From NCBI RefSeq assembly GCF_021028975.2, contig NC_059432.1, forward strand, positions 37,014,001 to 37,078,000: 64,000 bases of DNA, in the 5' to 3' direction. Under the pieces are notes generated by a model, which saw only the letters and a program-made list of their open reading frames with translations, ran no database searches and had not been told where the DNA came from. Shown here one piece after another: positions 38,801-50,800 of this stretch. Position 1 is the stretch's first letter, and each line of letters begins with the position of its first letter. Made by a program: the position numbers and the translations under genes. The stretch comes from Sphaerodactylus townsendi (lineage: Eukaryota).

Positions 38801-41800
38801 TTTTATAGGCAAGCCTCTTTTGTGGGGAAGTTTTCCATTGCTTTCCCTGGCTATTCTTTACCTCCTAGCGATGAGCTGGGTACTAATTTACCGACCAAGA
38901 AATGGATGGATGGCTGAGTTGACCATGAGCCAGCTGCCAGGATATCTGACCCACATGGGGCTCGAATTCCTGACCGTGTGAGTGGCAGTGCAAGCACTTA
39001 ACCACTACGCCACGTGGCTCTTCCCGTTTATGCTATACAACATTGTAATTGTTTAAATATGTATAATATTAGAGACTGGTACATTAATACTATTAGCCAT
39101 ATAGGTGCTTTTTGGATGGTCAACCCTTGAGTATCCTACCCCACTTTCATTAGAGTTGGTGTTGTGGTATCAGCTCTCAGATCTTTGTTTGCTCAAACCC
39201 ATGTTGGTGAGTATCTATTTTGAAGAAGTCTGTTTTGCTTCCACAACATATTCAAAACTACAGTCCTGATACCATTTACCCATTGATGTATCTAAAATAT
39301 TTTATCTAGTGCAGGGGTCTGCAACCTGCGGCTCTCCAGATGCTCATGGACTACAAATCCTATCAGTCCCTGTGAGCATGGCCAATTCTGGCAGGGGCTG
39401 ATGAGAATTGTAGTCCATGAACATCTGGAGGGGGTGATGAGAATTGTAGTCCATGAACATCTGGAGAACTGCAGGTTGCATACCCCTGATTGACCATGCA
39501 GACCCCAATTGGCCATGCTGGCAGGGGCTGGTGAGAATTGTAGTCCATGAACATCTGGAGAGCCGCAGGTTGCAGACCCCTGATCTAGTGTGTATCCCCC
39601 AGTACTTCCAGGTGTTGTGGCAAGGTGGTATGTGTGAAATAAAAGTATGTTAAGAATACGGTGCTGCATAAACCAAAAGGCTGTACAAGGTGTTGATTCC
39701 TGATCTTGGGAATCAGCCAGTCCTCTTAATAGAATGTTTAAGAACAAGATGGGATTTTCAAAATAAGTATAGTATCTGTATGGTGGTTATCACTCTGAAG
39801 AGGTGATGTCCAGTCTCTTACTTGCAAACTGGCTCTTCCTTTAAATGGTTGTGCAAAGTGTGTGTAGATTGCAGGGATATGCTAATGAAGTCGAGACCTG
39901 CCTCTCATTCTACGCAATGGAGGTTGCTTCTCTTTGCATTTCCAAAGCTTGCAATTTGATAGCTTGCCACTGATGTTTTGCCACTAAATGTCTAGTGAGG
40001 TGGGGGTTCCACTGGTTAGTGTCCTATCTTAGGCTGGAACAGCTAGCTCCCGTCTAAACCTCCTTCCTCCAGTTTCATTGGAGAAAGTCTCCATATGATG
40101 GACATTGCAAATAGGGTGATAGGGTACAAGCCTCTGAAATATGTTTTCCATTAACTCAAAATTTGAATGGAAACTGCCTGCATTTTGAAAGAAGGGTCTG
40201 AGACTACTGTTTTCAAATTGTATTTGGTTGGACCCAAAGAATTATGAGCATTCTTTCCCTTGCAGCTCCTACAGTCCAGGAATCCTTGAGAGCAGTTGGG
40301 ATGTAGTGCAGGAAAATGCAGTGGGAATGGAGAAATAAACTAAAATTATTCCCCCATTCATGAGTGGAAGTGCCTTGCTGATGTTATACAGATTTGGATA
40401 GAACTCATTTCTATGATCTCATTCAGATCTGTGATGAGCACTATTCATGCCTGTAAGCAGTGTGTCTCTTAAAAATAGGTCATGTTCCTTTTCTGTGGTT
40501 CTGAAGAGTTCTCAAAAGGGCATCAGTATTGAAATACTTATACCTTGTTTGATCTGTATAATGCATCCTCAGCTATTTTTCGATCACTGGAAGCCGTAAA
40601 CCACGCTTTACCATGAATACTAGGGTCCTGTGGGGGAAAAAAGAATGCTTCTGTACTTAAAACATGGCACCAGACCTTCAAAGAAGACCTAAACGAGACT
40701 TGCATCTCATGGGATGAAGTTGAACTCGTCACAGCCGACCGAAATTGTTGGAAAGCGCTTGTTGCCCAATGTGCCCAGTTACACAGGCGGAACTAAGTCT
40801 AAGTGTGTACTTAAAAACGTTATTGGAGGGGGGGGGGGGAGTTGATTTTGACGTACCACAGCGCTTGTGAAATACAACTTTACTATCCCCACTCCCACTT
40901 TGCTTGCTGAAATCCTGCTCTGCGGGACCCTCAGAAATAGAATGAGGGTCCTGCAGAGCATTTGGAGTGGGAGGGGAAACTGGCAGCAGTCTCACAGGTT
41001 TTAAGTCCCAACTCAATACAATTAAACTAGTACAACAAATATGTGTTTTTGCTAGTTTAACAACCTTCACTAAGCCCCAAATGCTAAATGGAACAACACT
41101 TTCACTTTGTCTTTCACAGTTTTCACTTCTACATCAGGAGATATAACCTATTCAGTTCCCCGGGGGAAAGCATTCCATTACTGCAGAGCGACAGACCTAC
41201 AGACTAAAAACTGATCTGATATTTGGTACGTTAGCACAGCAATATTAACATCAGAAGCGTTCTCTGAAGACATGTGCCTCATTTTTGGTTAATGATTTGC
41301 ATGAGTAGATGCTGATCCACCATTTATGTGGATTTGGCCGAGAAAGCTGCAATATAAACATTTGTGACAAATCATGTATATTTTGCATGCTGGAAAGTAT
41401 TCATACTAGCATATGAAGCAGTCTGTGCCCTCCTTTGTATGTTTGAATTTCAAAAGTGTTATTTTGCTAAGTTCTTGATGAACAGCTATTTCCTCACAAC
41501 GTTGTGTTGAATTATTTGGCCAGATTTCTTACAAAAGCTACTTCTGAATGGTAAATGCAAGGTTGCTGCAGATTTAATTCCTGAGAAATTAATTAAGGAA
41601 AAATTACAATAGCTTGATTATTTGATCTGCTTCAACTGAGTTGTAATATGAATAGTCCAAACCTTTAACTAAGGATTTACAATTTCTTGTATCTTTCCCA
41701 GAAGTGTTTTGTAAAAACTATACCTGTTCTGTTGTACTAGAAATCCTACTGCGTGGAGTAGCTAAGCTGCGATTCAGGGGATCTGGTGATCCTAAGGAAG

Positions 41801-44800
41801 AAGAAACCATGTAACATAAGATTCCATCCTTATTACAACAGAACATTATTGGCTTCAAAAGACACGCCCTACTTCATTTAGGTTACTGTATTATCTATGA
41901 GTGGTCTTTTAGCTTGTTGGTGCCATATTAGTGCTGAAGAGAGTGAGATGAATTTTAATTATGGATCTGGAAGATGCATACATTTGAAACTAACCCTAAC
42001 TTTATTCCAAGTAAGAAAGTGTACTTACTTAGAGAGAAAGGTGGCTTTTGTAGCAGTGGTCTGAAACAAATGGTTAGAGATTAAAGAAATGTAGGAAGGT
42101 ATTGATTTCCATTTCTATGACATGCTTCATCTCCTTCACAGTTCTTTTTTTTTACTCCCCCCCTCCCAAAAGGGCAGTATACAACAACAATTCACTTATA
42201 AAAGGATGATTCAAGGCACAAAATATAATACACTTATGGAAAAAAGTAACATACTTTTAAAAAGAAGTGTACGTATTTTTACAATGAACTATATCCGGGA
42301 GCCTTTTATACTATGGGTTGGATCCTATGCCAGTCTTCCCTTAAGTGAGAAGCCTTGTAGAAGTGGTAGAACCTGACCTACTCACTGTTAGAAAACTATT
42401 TATTTTCTTCAGTTTGCTTTTGAGACACAGAACTAAAGCTAGATGTTATACTAAACGTGTTTACCTCCCCCTTAATGTTACAGTGTGATGATGCAGTGTT
42501 TGCATTTTCTCACCATCAGTTGTAGAGGAGATGGATAAATGCCGGCCATTGTTAATCCCAACACAATCTGAGTTATATCACATGTTATGGAGAGCAAGAT
42601 AAAGGTATGGTTGTCTTTTTTGGGCAGTAACTCAATCAAACAGCTAGTACAGCCATTAGTAATATGTTCCATGAATTAGTAGGGTTTTGCTAAGAGAACT
42701 GTTAATAAGACAATAGTATATCCATCTCAATCTTGCCCTCCCCTCATTATTGTTGTCCTTTCTAGGATCCTGAAATTAGTCGATCATTTTATGTAGAAAC
42801 AAAGACACTAAACACAAATGAAAAATATTTACTTATGGATATTAGATGGTATTGGTGGAAGAGGAAGATCGTGGTTAGAACCCTGTCGACGTTCAGCTGG
42901 TATAGGTCTATCTGTGTTTTGAAAAAGTTAAGGAACAAATTAGTCTGGCTTGACTTTGGACTTATTCTGTTAAAGATATTGCTTTGGAAATTTGACTGTC
43001 TATTCTCCATTGTACTGGAGCTGAAGCAACTGAATGTTTAGGCACACTTCATTACTTCATTCTCTTCATTGTGGGTATTTTTCCCTCCGGAAACAGCATC
43101 ATTATACTAAGTATCCAGAAAAATAACAGAAGTTTTGTGACTGAAATAGAGTAGCAAAACCAGTTTCTCAAGGCTCCATTTGTTTGTGTGGGATGTGTAT
43201 GTGGATAGGAGTTCAGAGAATTCAGTCTAAACACCTTGCCCTGAAGCAGGATTCTCTACCAGTCCTAAAACACCAATTACATCTCGATTATACCTTGTTT
43301 GAGAAGGGCAAGAGTCCATAGCAGAGATGGGAAGTTTTCAGTCATAACTTGCCCTCCCCCAAATCCCAGAAGTTTGGAGTCTACAAAGAAAGTGCATGTA
43401 CTCAGGATCTTTTAAAAGATTTAGCTTATCTTCCTGAGTATGCAGTCTTGTAAGGAAGGTCTACGTATGGTAGCAATCTCTGAAAGAGTCAAGCAACCTG
43501 TAGCCACTGGGTAACCCAGCAAAAATTGCTAATTGATCAACAACAGATTAGGATGTATGCACCCACTAAGTCTAATTCAGTTTTTCTTGTCTATAAACAA
43601 CTTGGATGAAACCAATTTCTTAAGGGGAAAATCACAAATGTGCCTGTTCCAAAAGTATTCTAACCTGAATGAAAATGATTTCCTTAGTGCTGATGCTGGA
43701 ATTAAGATTTCCATGTTTTCATAACAAAAGTAAACAAAAAGTGACTTAGTAGTGCATCATATATTTCAATAGAGTGATATTCAGAGTGATATTTTGTAAG
43801 GTAACTGTTCACTATTCTTTATAAAGTAGGGAAGGCAGCATTGCACAACTGGATCTTGTTTGATCCCAGAAGTTAATCACTGTCAGTATGTGGAAGGTAG
43901 ACTGTCAATGAAGACTGTAGAGGAAAGCAATGGCAAACCATCTCTACTTCTCACTTGACTTGAAAATTGTTGAAATCATCAAAAAAACAACTGTGACTTC
44001 ATAGCACTTTACACATTCTTAATAAACCAAGACACAATCATAGACCGATTTTTGCTGGCAAAAGTAATTTACCTTCATTCATAGTTGGGTGGTCTCTACC
44101 AGGCAGGCTTGGTTTCTGCAATGACATGGAAATGATACAGATAATAATTGTTATATGAAATCACAGCTGCCAGATCTTCAGCAAGTGTTGGCCTTCATAT
44201 ACATCGAGTTCTTCCCAAGAACCTAGGATGTCATTATGTATCAATGTAGTATATGTGAGGATCAAAGCAATGTGGCATTATTATTAAACTGTATATCCCG
44301 CCTTTTACTGATCAAGATTGGGATCAGGGTGACTAACAGCTTCACAAATACTAAAGCAATCAAAAATTCATATGCATTAAAACCATAGCAATAACAATAT
44401 CCACTGGCTCTCTAACTTCATTCACAACGCCGTGACCAACTAAGAAAGGAGCAATTTAAAGGAACATGTCGAAAATAAACCACTAGATACTAATTGGTAC
44501 AATCTTGGTACAACTTTTTCTGTATCCATCACTTATCTTCCCAGACTTTTGTATGGAATCATTCTTCTCACTGTATGGTCAGACAATATATGTGACTGGT
44601 TCTATGCGTAGTTGTGTTAAAAGATGACCATTATGCCAACAAACAAACTCAAAGTGATCCCTACTGTTACCATTTTGTCTTTTTAAGGAATGGATCTTAT
44701 CCATCTAGCTTCAGCCTCCTACATCCTGTTCCCATTCCATTTCTGAGGGTATTCAATTTTCAAGAGTGACTTTTTTAGTATGGGAAAAAGTGGGAAACCC

Positions 44801-47800
44801 TCATCCCATAAACATGAGATTCAGCTGTATATAAAATAAAGAACTGGCCAGGGAATATGCCGAACTTGATGCCGGACTTAGTGTGGACACCTGGTCGGCA
44901 TAGCCCGCTGCAGCCCAGAACTGAGCTCACGCGATCCGCTGGCCTCAGCCTTCCCGGCAGCCAGGATTACAGGCACACACCACTGTGCCCGGCTGTCCCA
45001 TAAGCAGTGCCTTCTTGCACAGTTCCTTATAGAAAGACTAGCTCATCCATGTAGGAACACAGAAATGTAAATAGGGTTCTTTGCCTGCATCTGTGGCTTT
45101 TTGGCTGCTGGCCTTTAAGGACTGTCTTACAGGGGATCCATACATTGGATATGGCACTATAGCTTGGATTTTTCAGGGAAACCCAACAGCACAACATTTA
45201 GAGACAACACAGAATTACCCCCCACCCCCGAGGAGGAACAGCAAGAGTCCTAGGGGACTGGGACTGCTAATAATAAAGAAAAGGCACTCAAGTTTGCTAC
45301 CTGCTCTGATGGTATGGAATCTTGGTCTTCCAGCTAAAACTTAGAAGCCATTATTGACACTCATTTGGGAACTGTAGAGCTCTCATAGAACATTTTACAA
45401 TCCTTTCATACATTAAATATGGAATTATAAATTCATTTGGTGCATACTCTACATCAAATTAAGTCCATTGATGAAATAACACGGCATGTAAAGTATTTTT
45501 TCTGAGAAAAAAAATTATGGTACAGTTAATTTCAATCTGCCCTTAAAATTAATCTTTGAAATTAGAAACTATATAATATAAACGGAAAACCAACTTACTG
45601 AGGGAATTGCTGGATTTGGTGTTTTTTTCCTATAGTTTAAAAATGAAAGTTAATCGACATTTTCATATATGAGGCATGGGATTTAATTATCAGAGGCATA
45701 AAGGACAGAAAAGAAAATCTGGGGTCCAGCGCTATCTCAGCTGTTAATTCTATGCATGGAAAGTGAGGACTGTTATGTAGATCGAGGAAATCTTAAACTA
45801 CTGAAGATGGAATTTTTGTGCTTTCATAAAACTACCTGATATAACTGGTACGGATGCAGTTTGCAAGTTTACATATAATGTCCAAAGGCCTGTACAGCTG
45901 TAAGTGAGCATCCTTAAGTCAGCTTTGACTTTGTGTTTCTTTGCGTAAGTCTCGGTGCTACTTTGCTATAGCAAATCACTTTTGGAATAGGAGGAACTTT
46001 TTTAAAAATTGTGGTACGGTAACTGCCTGCCTTTTCAAAGAAAACAGTAAAAAATAGAACCTGGAAAACCCACAACACCCTAGTAAAAATATACACTTTA
46101 AATAATTCTTTGGATCCCAAAGCACTTTGTATAATAAAGGCCGTGAAATTACTTGAGCTCTTTATCAATTTGGGAGACATTCAAAACCAGAGTGGTTAGT
46201 AGTGTTCCATAGATTATTTTTTCCAGGTAATACTGATCACAGCAAAGTATAAAATTACAAATCAATGGTTTAGCATGCTGAAAGTCTATTAATAACCATA
46301 AAAATAGTTTTAAATAAGAACAAGCCTGTGCAATGTGAAGGTTACTGTATTTTTTCTCTTGAAACAGCATGGTGTGATTGTTGACTTCAGTGGCTCCTGA
46401 TCACAGAAATTAAAGTGTAGCCTGTTCCTAGAAGGATGGGTTTATCAGCCCTCTGGATCTACTAACAGGCTATATTTTGGGGCATAGTTTGGGATAATGA
46501 TTGCAAACCCTGCCCACATACTGGGGTCACGAGGTGGCAGATGTCTACATCCTTCCCCTTGTTTTCTTACAAGTGTAGCAGGGACTACCAGCCTGTAATA
46601 AAATAAATGTGTTTTCCTTTCATCCATCTCTTGCCTGTCATTACACTGAGAGTTTGGACAGTATTTTACTAAATGTGCAGTGCTTAAATGCAGAAGAAGG
46701 ACCTGGTTGCTATATGCAGCAATTCTGAATGAATAAGAGAGAGAGTAGTATTTTTGTCACTCACATGACCCTTGGTAATGGAGATGGTACTGCACCAGAA
46801 GGAAATTTGGATTCTTGAGTTCCATTGCTGTTGTGACCTAAAAAAATGAAACATAGTCATGTCTCACCTAAAAATCTATTGATTCGGAAACTAACGCAAC
46901 CTATATCTTAAAACTTTACGAAGTAAGACATAAAATGCAGTTCCCAGTTGCAGTTCGCAAAGAGTTAAATGAGTGAAGGGTTTAGCAGACAAGACATGTT
47001 GCAACTCTGTAAGAACGCCTTTGTGTATAACCACACTTGTAAACAATAAAGTAATACTTATATAGCTTATTTCAGTATTTAAAGCATTATTACGCTCATA
47101 TTGAAGATGACGTATTGGGGATAAGAGGTTAGCTTGCCTAAGGCCATTTGGTGAGTGCATTGAATAGGAGAAATTCAAAATAGGTGCCAGCACAAATGCA
47201 GGCGAAACGTTAGGAACAAGATCCACCAGACCACGGCCACACAGCCCAGAAAACCCACCACAACCAGTTGAATCCGGCCATGAAAGCCTTCAACAATACA
47301 TAGGGCCTTCCTGATCGGTAGCTCTAGTTCTTAGCCTCCACACCAGGGGACCCCAACCTTTTTGACCCTGTGTGCACTTTTAGAATTCTGGTAGCTGAAA
47401 CCACAAAGTGGTAAGGGTGTAATTATAATATATATATAGGGAAAGAGGAGTGAGAGAATAAAATCAATACAGTGGTGGCAGCAGCGGTTGAAACAACAAT
47501 TTTTTAATCTACACAGCTGATTAGATCTCCAATTGCAAAACAGAAGCTGTGCTGGGCAAGATTTGCACCAACTTTTTGAAAATACTTGGCAGGTTCCATG
47601 TGTCATTGGGGGCCACGGTGTCCACAGGCACTGTGTTGGGGACCTTTGGTCTATATTAATCCAGTTCTCTAAAGATATAAGTAAAAGTCTACTCTGTCCC
47701 ACCAAAAGATAAAAATGCAGTTCTGTGTTGTTCAACGGAAGTAAAAGTGGTGTGCTTCTGCTGTAGAAAAGTCCCAACATTAAAATGGTGGCTGCAATGG

Positions 47801-50800
47801 ATAAAACCACCTGTATCTCTGGAATCCCTTGGACCATCATAGTGGTTTTAACTGCATTCTGCTCAGTGGCCCCTGAGGATTCTCCCTCACTAATCAGTTT
47901 TTTGAAATTTGGACCCCCCCCCAAATTTTCCAAAATGGCCACCACAGGTAAAAATGCCTGTATCTCTTGGAATCCCTTGTGCTATCACAGCAGTTTCAAC
48001 TGCATTCTGTTCGGGGTCATCTAGGGATTCTTTTCCACCCATCGGTTTTTCAAAACAGAAAACTTGAAATTTCATATTTTTTCAGTCCCTTAAGATGGCT
48101 ACTACCTCCTTTCAATACAAAAAAGACCCAGGAAGTGGCTACAGATTAATTCAACATTGAGGTTCTATCTTTCTGTAAGACAAGGTATAGCCATTAAAAG
48201 GAAATGAAATGCCTGGGGCACAGAAATCAACTCATTAGATACACAGGACAGGCGAGCGTATGGAATTTGCTGCGGAGAGCTGCCCTGCTGTCACCCATAA
48301 TTCATGAAAGGCCCCTCAGTTGTGGTTCAGTACAGAAAATACTTTTACTTACTTTCATCACTTTGCACTTCAAAGTCATCAGGATCCTGAAATTTTTAAA
48401 AATTCAGATTTCAGAAGTGATGCAGAAGAGTTTAATTTAGATAATTACTGCATGTCGTCACCAAGCAACTGAGGGAGGAAAAAAGGATTCGGCTCGATTT
48501 CCCCATGATCACTGCAGCCCCCACCTCATGCTGTGGTGCATTTTCTTTCCAAAGGCCTCCCCCCTCCCGCATCATTCAGCAGAGGATTTCTGATACACGG
48601 GGTTGCTCTTCCAGCTCTTTCTATGTGCAGTTCTATCTGATCCAAACCACAGCATATAAATACATTCAGTAATGATAATTAGGACTCAGCAGAACATTAA
48701 GGATGACTAATCAGTGCTTAATGACTTTGCAGAAAGTGCCAACCCATAATTTTTGGGTAACAAAACAACAAATGTGTGCAGTGTAGCCAAAACATTTATT
48801 AAACAGCAATCACAAGTATTCTGAATGAGTCTCCTGGGCTATTCAACCTGGCAGCAAGCTCTTAGATATGGTGGGACACAGTCCTTAGGAAAGATTATTT
48901 CTGCAACCATGTGAAAGGCATGGTATGTGACCACAGTGTGGCATGCTTGCTTTTGAAATCTGTTGACCGCTGGGTCTGAAAAGGTCACTGCTGTTTACTT
49001 TGTCAGGCAGTAGTTCTCCAGGGTCTTAAGCAGAGATTTTTCACAGTTTAAAATTTCCCAATCAGTCTTGCTAGTTTGAAGTATATTGTATTGGTTTTAT
49101 TATTGCTCTCTTCACACCATCTTTAAGGCGGCTGCATTTTCTGCTTCCTGAACGATGGCTATTAACTATCTCAGCCGAGGATTCTGCATTTGGTTTACTT
49201 ACGAATTTCAGCTGATGGCGGTTTCTAGGAGGAGGCAAAAAGTTTCTGGAAAAAACAGATAAAATATTTCAATCACAAGATTTTCCTTCTGACTGAAGTT
49301 GCACACACAATTGCTTTTCAGTTTCAGGATTCCCAGAAACTTTGTTGAAGTGGATACTTTTGTGAGGCTGAACTACGCACTGGTATAAGGAAGATATGTT
49401 GGTGCTGAGGTACCTGTGAGCTCAGAATTTTTAACTTTTTGTATTGGAAAGTAAGAATACATCTAGGTAAGTCTCATTGGCAGAGGCCTGCAATACTGCT
49501 GCTTCAGGAACGGCAGAACTGTACCAAGGTCCCCACAGCTGGCAAAGACCATAGCAAGACCAGTTGCGACATCTACAGTTAATTTCTCAGGGCGTTTCCG
49601 CACAGTGCATTGCCAGCAGAGCTCGACTTGGGTCCAGCTCGGGTTGTCTGAACTTGCACAGATGTCGACGCAAGTCCGACTCTCCTTCGACTCGCCTAAG
49701 CCGGGTCTTCTCGATCCCTGCTCCGACCTAGTACTTTTTGGGTGAACTCGTGTCCAGCTCAACTTGCATGGACTGTGCTGAGCTCGACTCGCCCCTCCAG
49801 CCAATCGTGTCGTTTCTGTCTCTGCCCAATCAGGGCTTAGTTTCCCTTGAACCAATCATAGTGCGCTTTTGGCCAGCCAATCATAATCGACCATTGAGTG
49901 CAGGCGTACAGCTGGAAACTCGCGGCACCCAAAAAGCATTTGCTGGACTGAAACGAAGCAGGGGACTGTAACTTGTGACAGCTTGTTCCGTGGTTTGTTG
50001 GTTCAAACAGAAATCTCTGGAGGAGGGAATGCCTATATTAAATTATGAGTTGGTGTTTTAATTCCAGATTAGGCACTGCTGCCAGTCTTCCACACTCACT
50101 TTCTCACCGGAACTTTCTCACCGGCAAGTGAGTCCTGTCTCTTTAGTTTATTGCTGGAATGCTGGGTACAGATTACAGCAATTTGAGTTGATAGCGACTC
50201 AAAACATGCTTTCATGTCACATTAATTCCCATTCTTAAAGGATTAAAGTGTGTGCACATGGTACAGAGACTGTGGGGGGGGGGGAAGCTGCTGTTTGGCT
50301 GTTGTTTCTCATTTGGACAACAGCATCCTTCCTGAAGGGGGGGGGGGAGGACACCAAGGAAAGTGGTTGCAGAACCACCCAGAATGGCTGGAGGATGATT
50401 ACTCCAGAAGGGATAGTTGACTTTGAACAGGCAGCAGTACTGGGAAGTAATAATAAATACTGAATTGTGACAGCTCCTGTATTTGCAAGAGGATCAAAGG
50501 ATCCATGTGCAGGGAGGCTGGGGGGGGGGGAGTCTGTGAAAGGTAACCAATCGGGGAAGAGGGGCGGATGATGCACAGCAGAGTAGGAAGACACTTCCTT
50601 GATAGGGCTATTAAATGACAGGAGGGAGATGAATCANNNNNNNNNNNNNNNNNNNNNNNNNNNNNNNNNNNNNNNNNNNNNNNNNNNNNNNNNNNNNNNN
50701 NNNNNNNNNNNNNNNNNNNNNNNNNNNNNNNNNNNNNNNNNNNNNNNNNNNNNNNNNNNNNNNNNNNNNNNNNNNNNNNNNNNNNNNNNNNNNNNNNNNN

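Larger units (their letters stand above)
37983..39124. mobile_element. Fold-back (long inverted-arm) element with three nested insertions
   Basis: Left arm 37983-38058 + 38168-38216 + 38419-38447 is the reverse complement of right arm 38663-38738 + 39037-39124. Confidence 0.8.

Noticed and set aside
42514-42567. 54-nt pseudo-exon with a strong donor (ATG|gtgaga) in a BLNK intron
   Set aside because: Weak acceptor and a TAA in the incoming phase-2 frame; not needed for the protein
45914-46180. ORF containing KKVPPIPK as a possible BLNK exon
   Set aside because: No acceptor/donor pair giving the required phases; the homologous QKP exon is at 42029-42060
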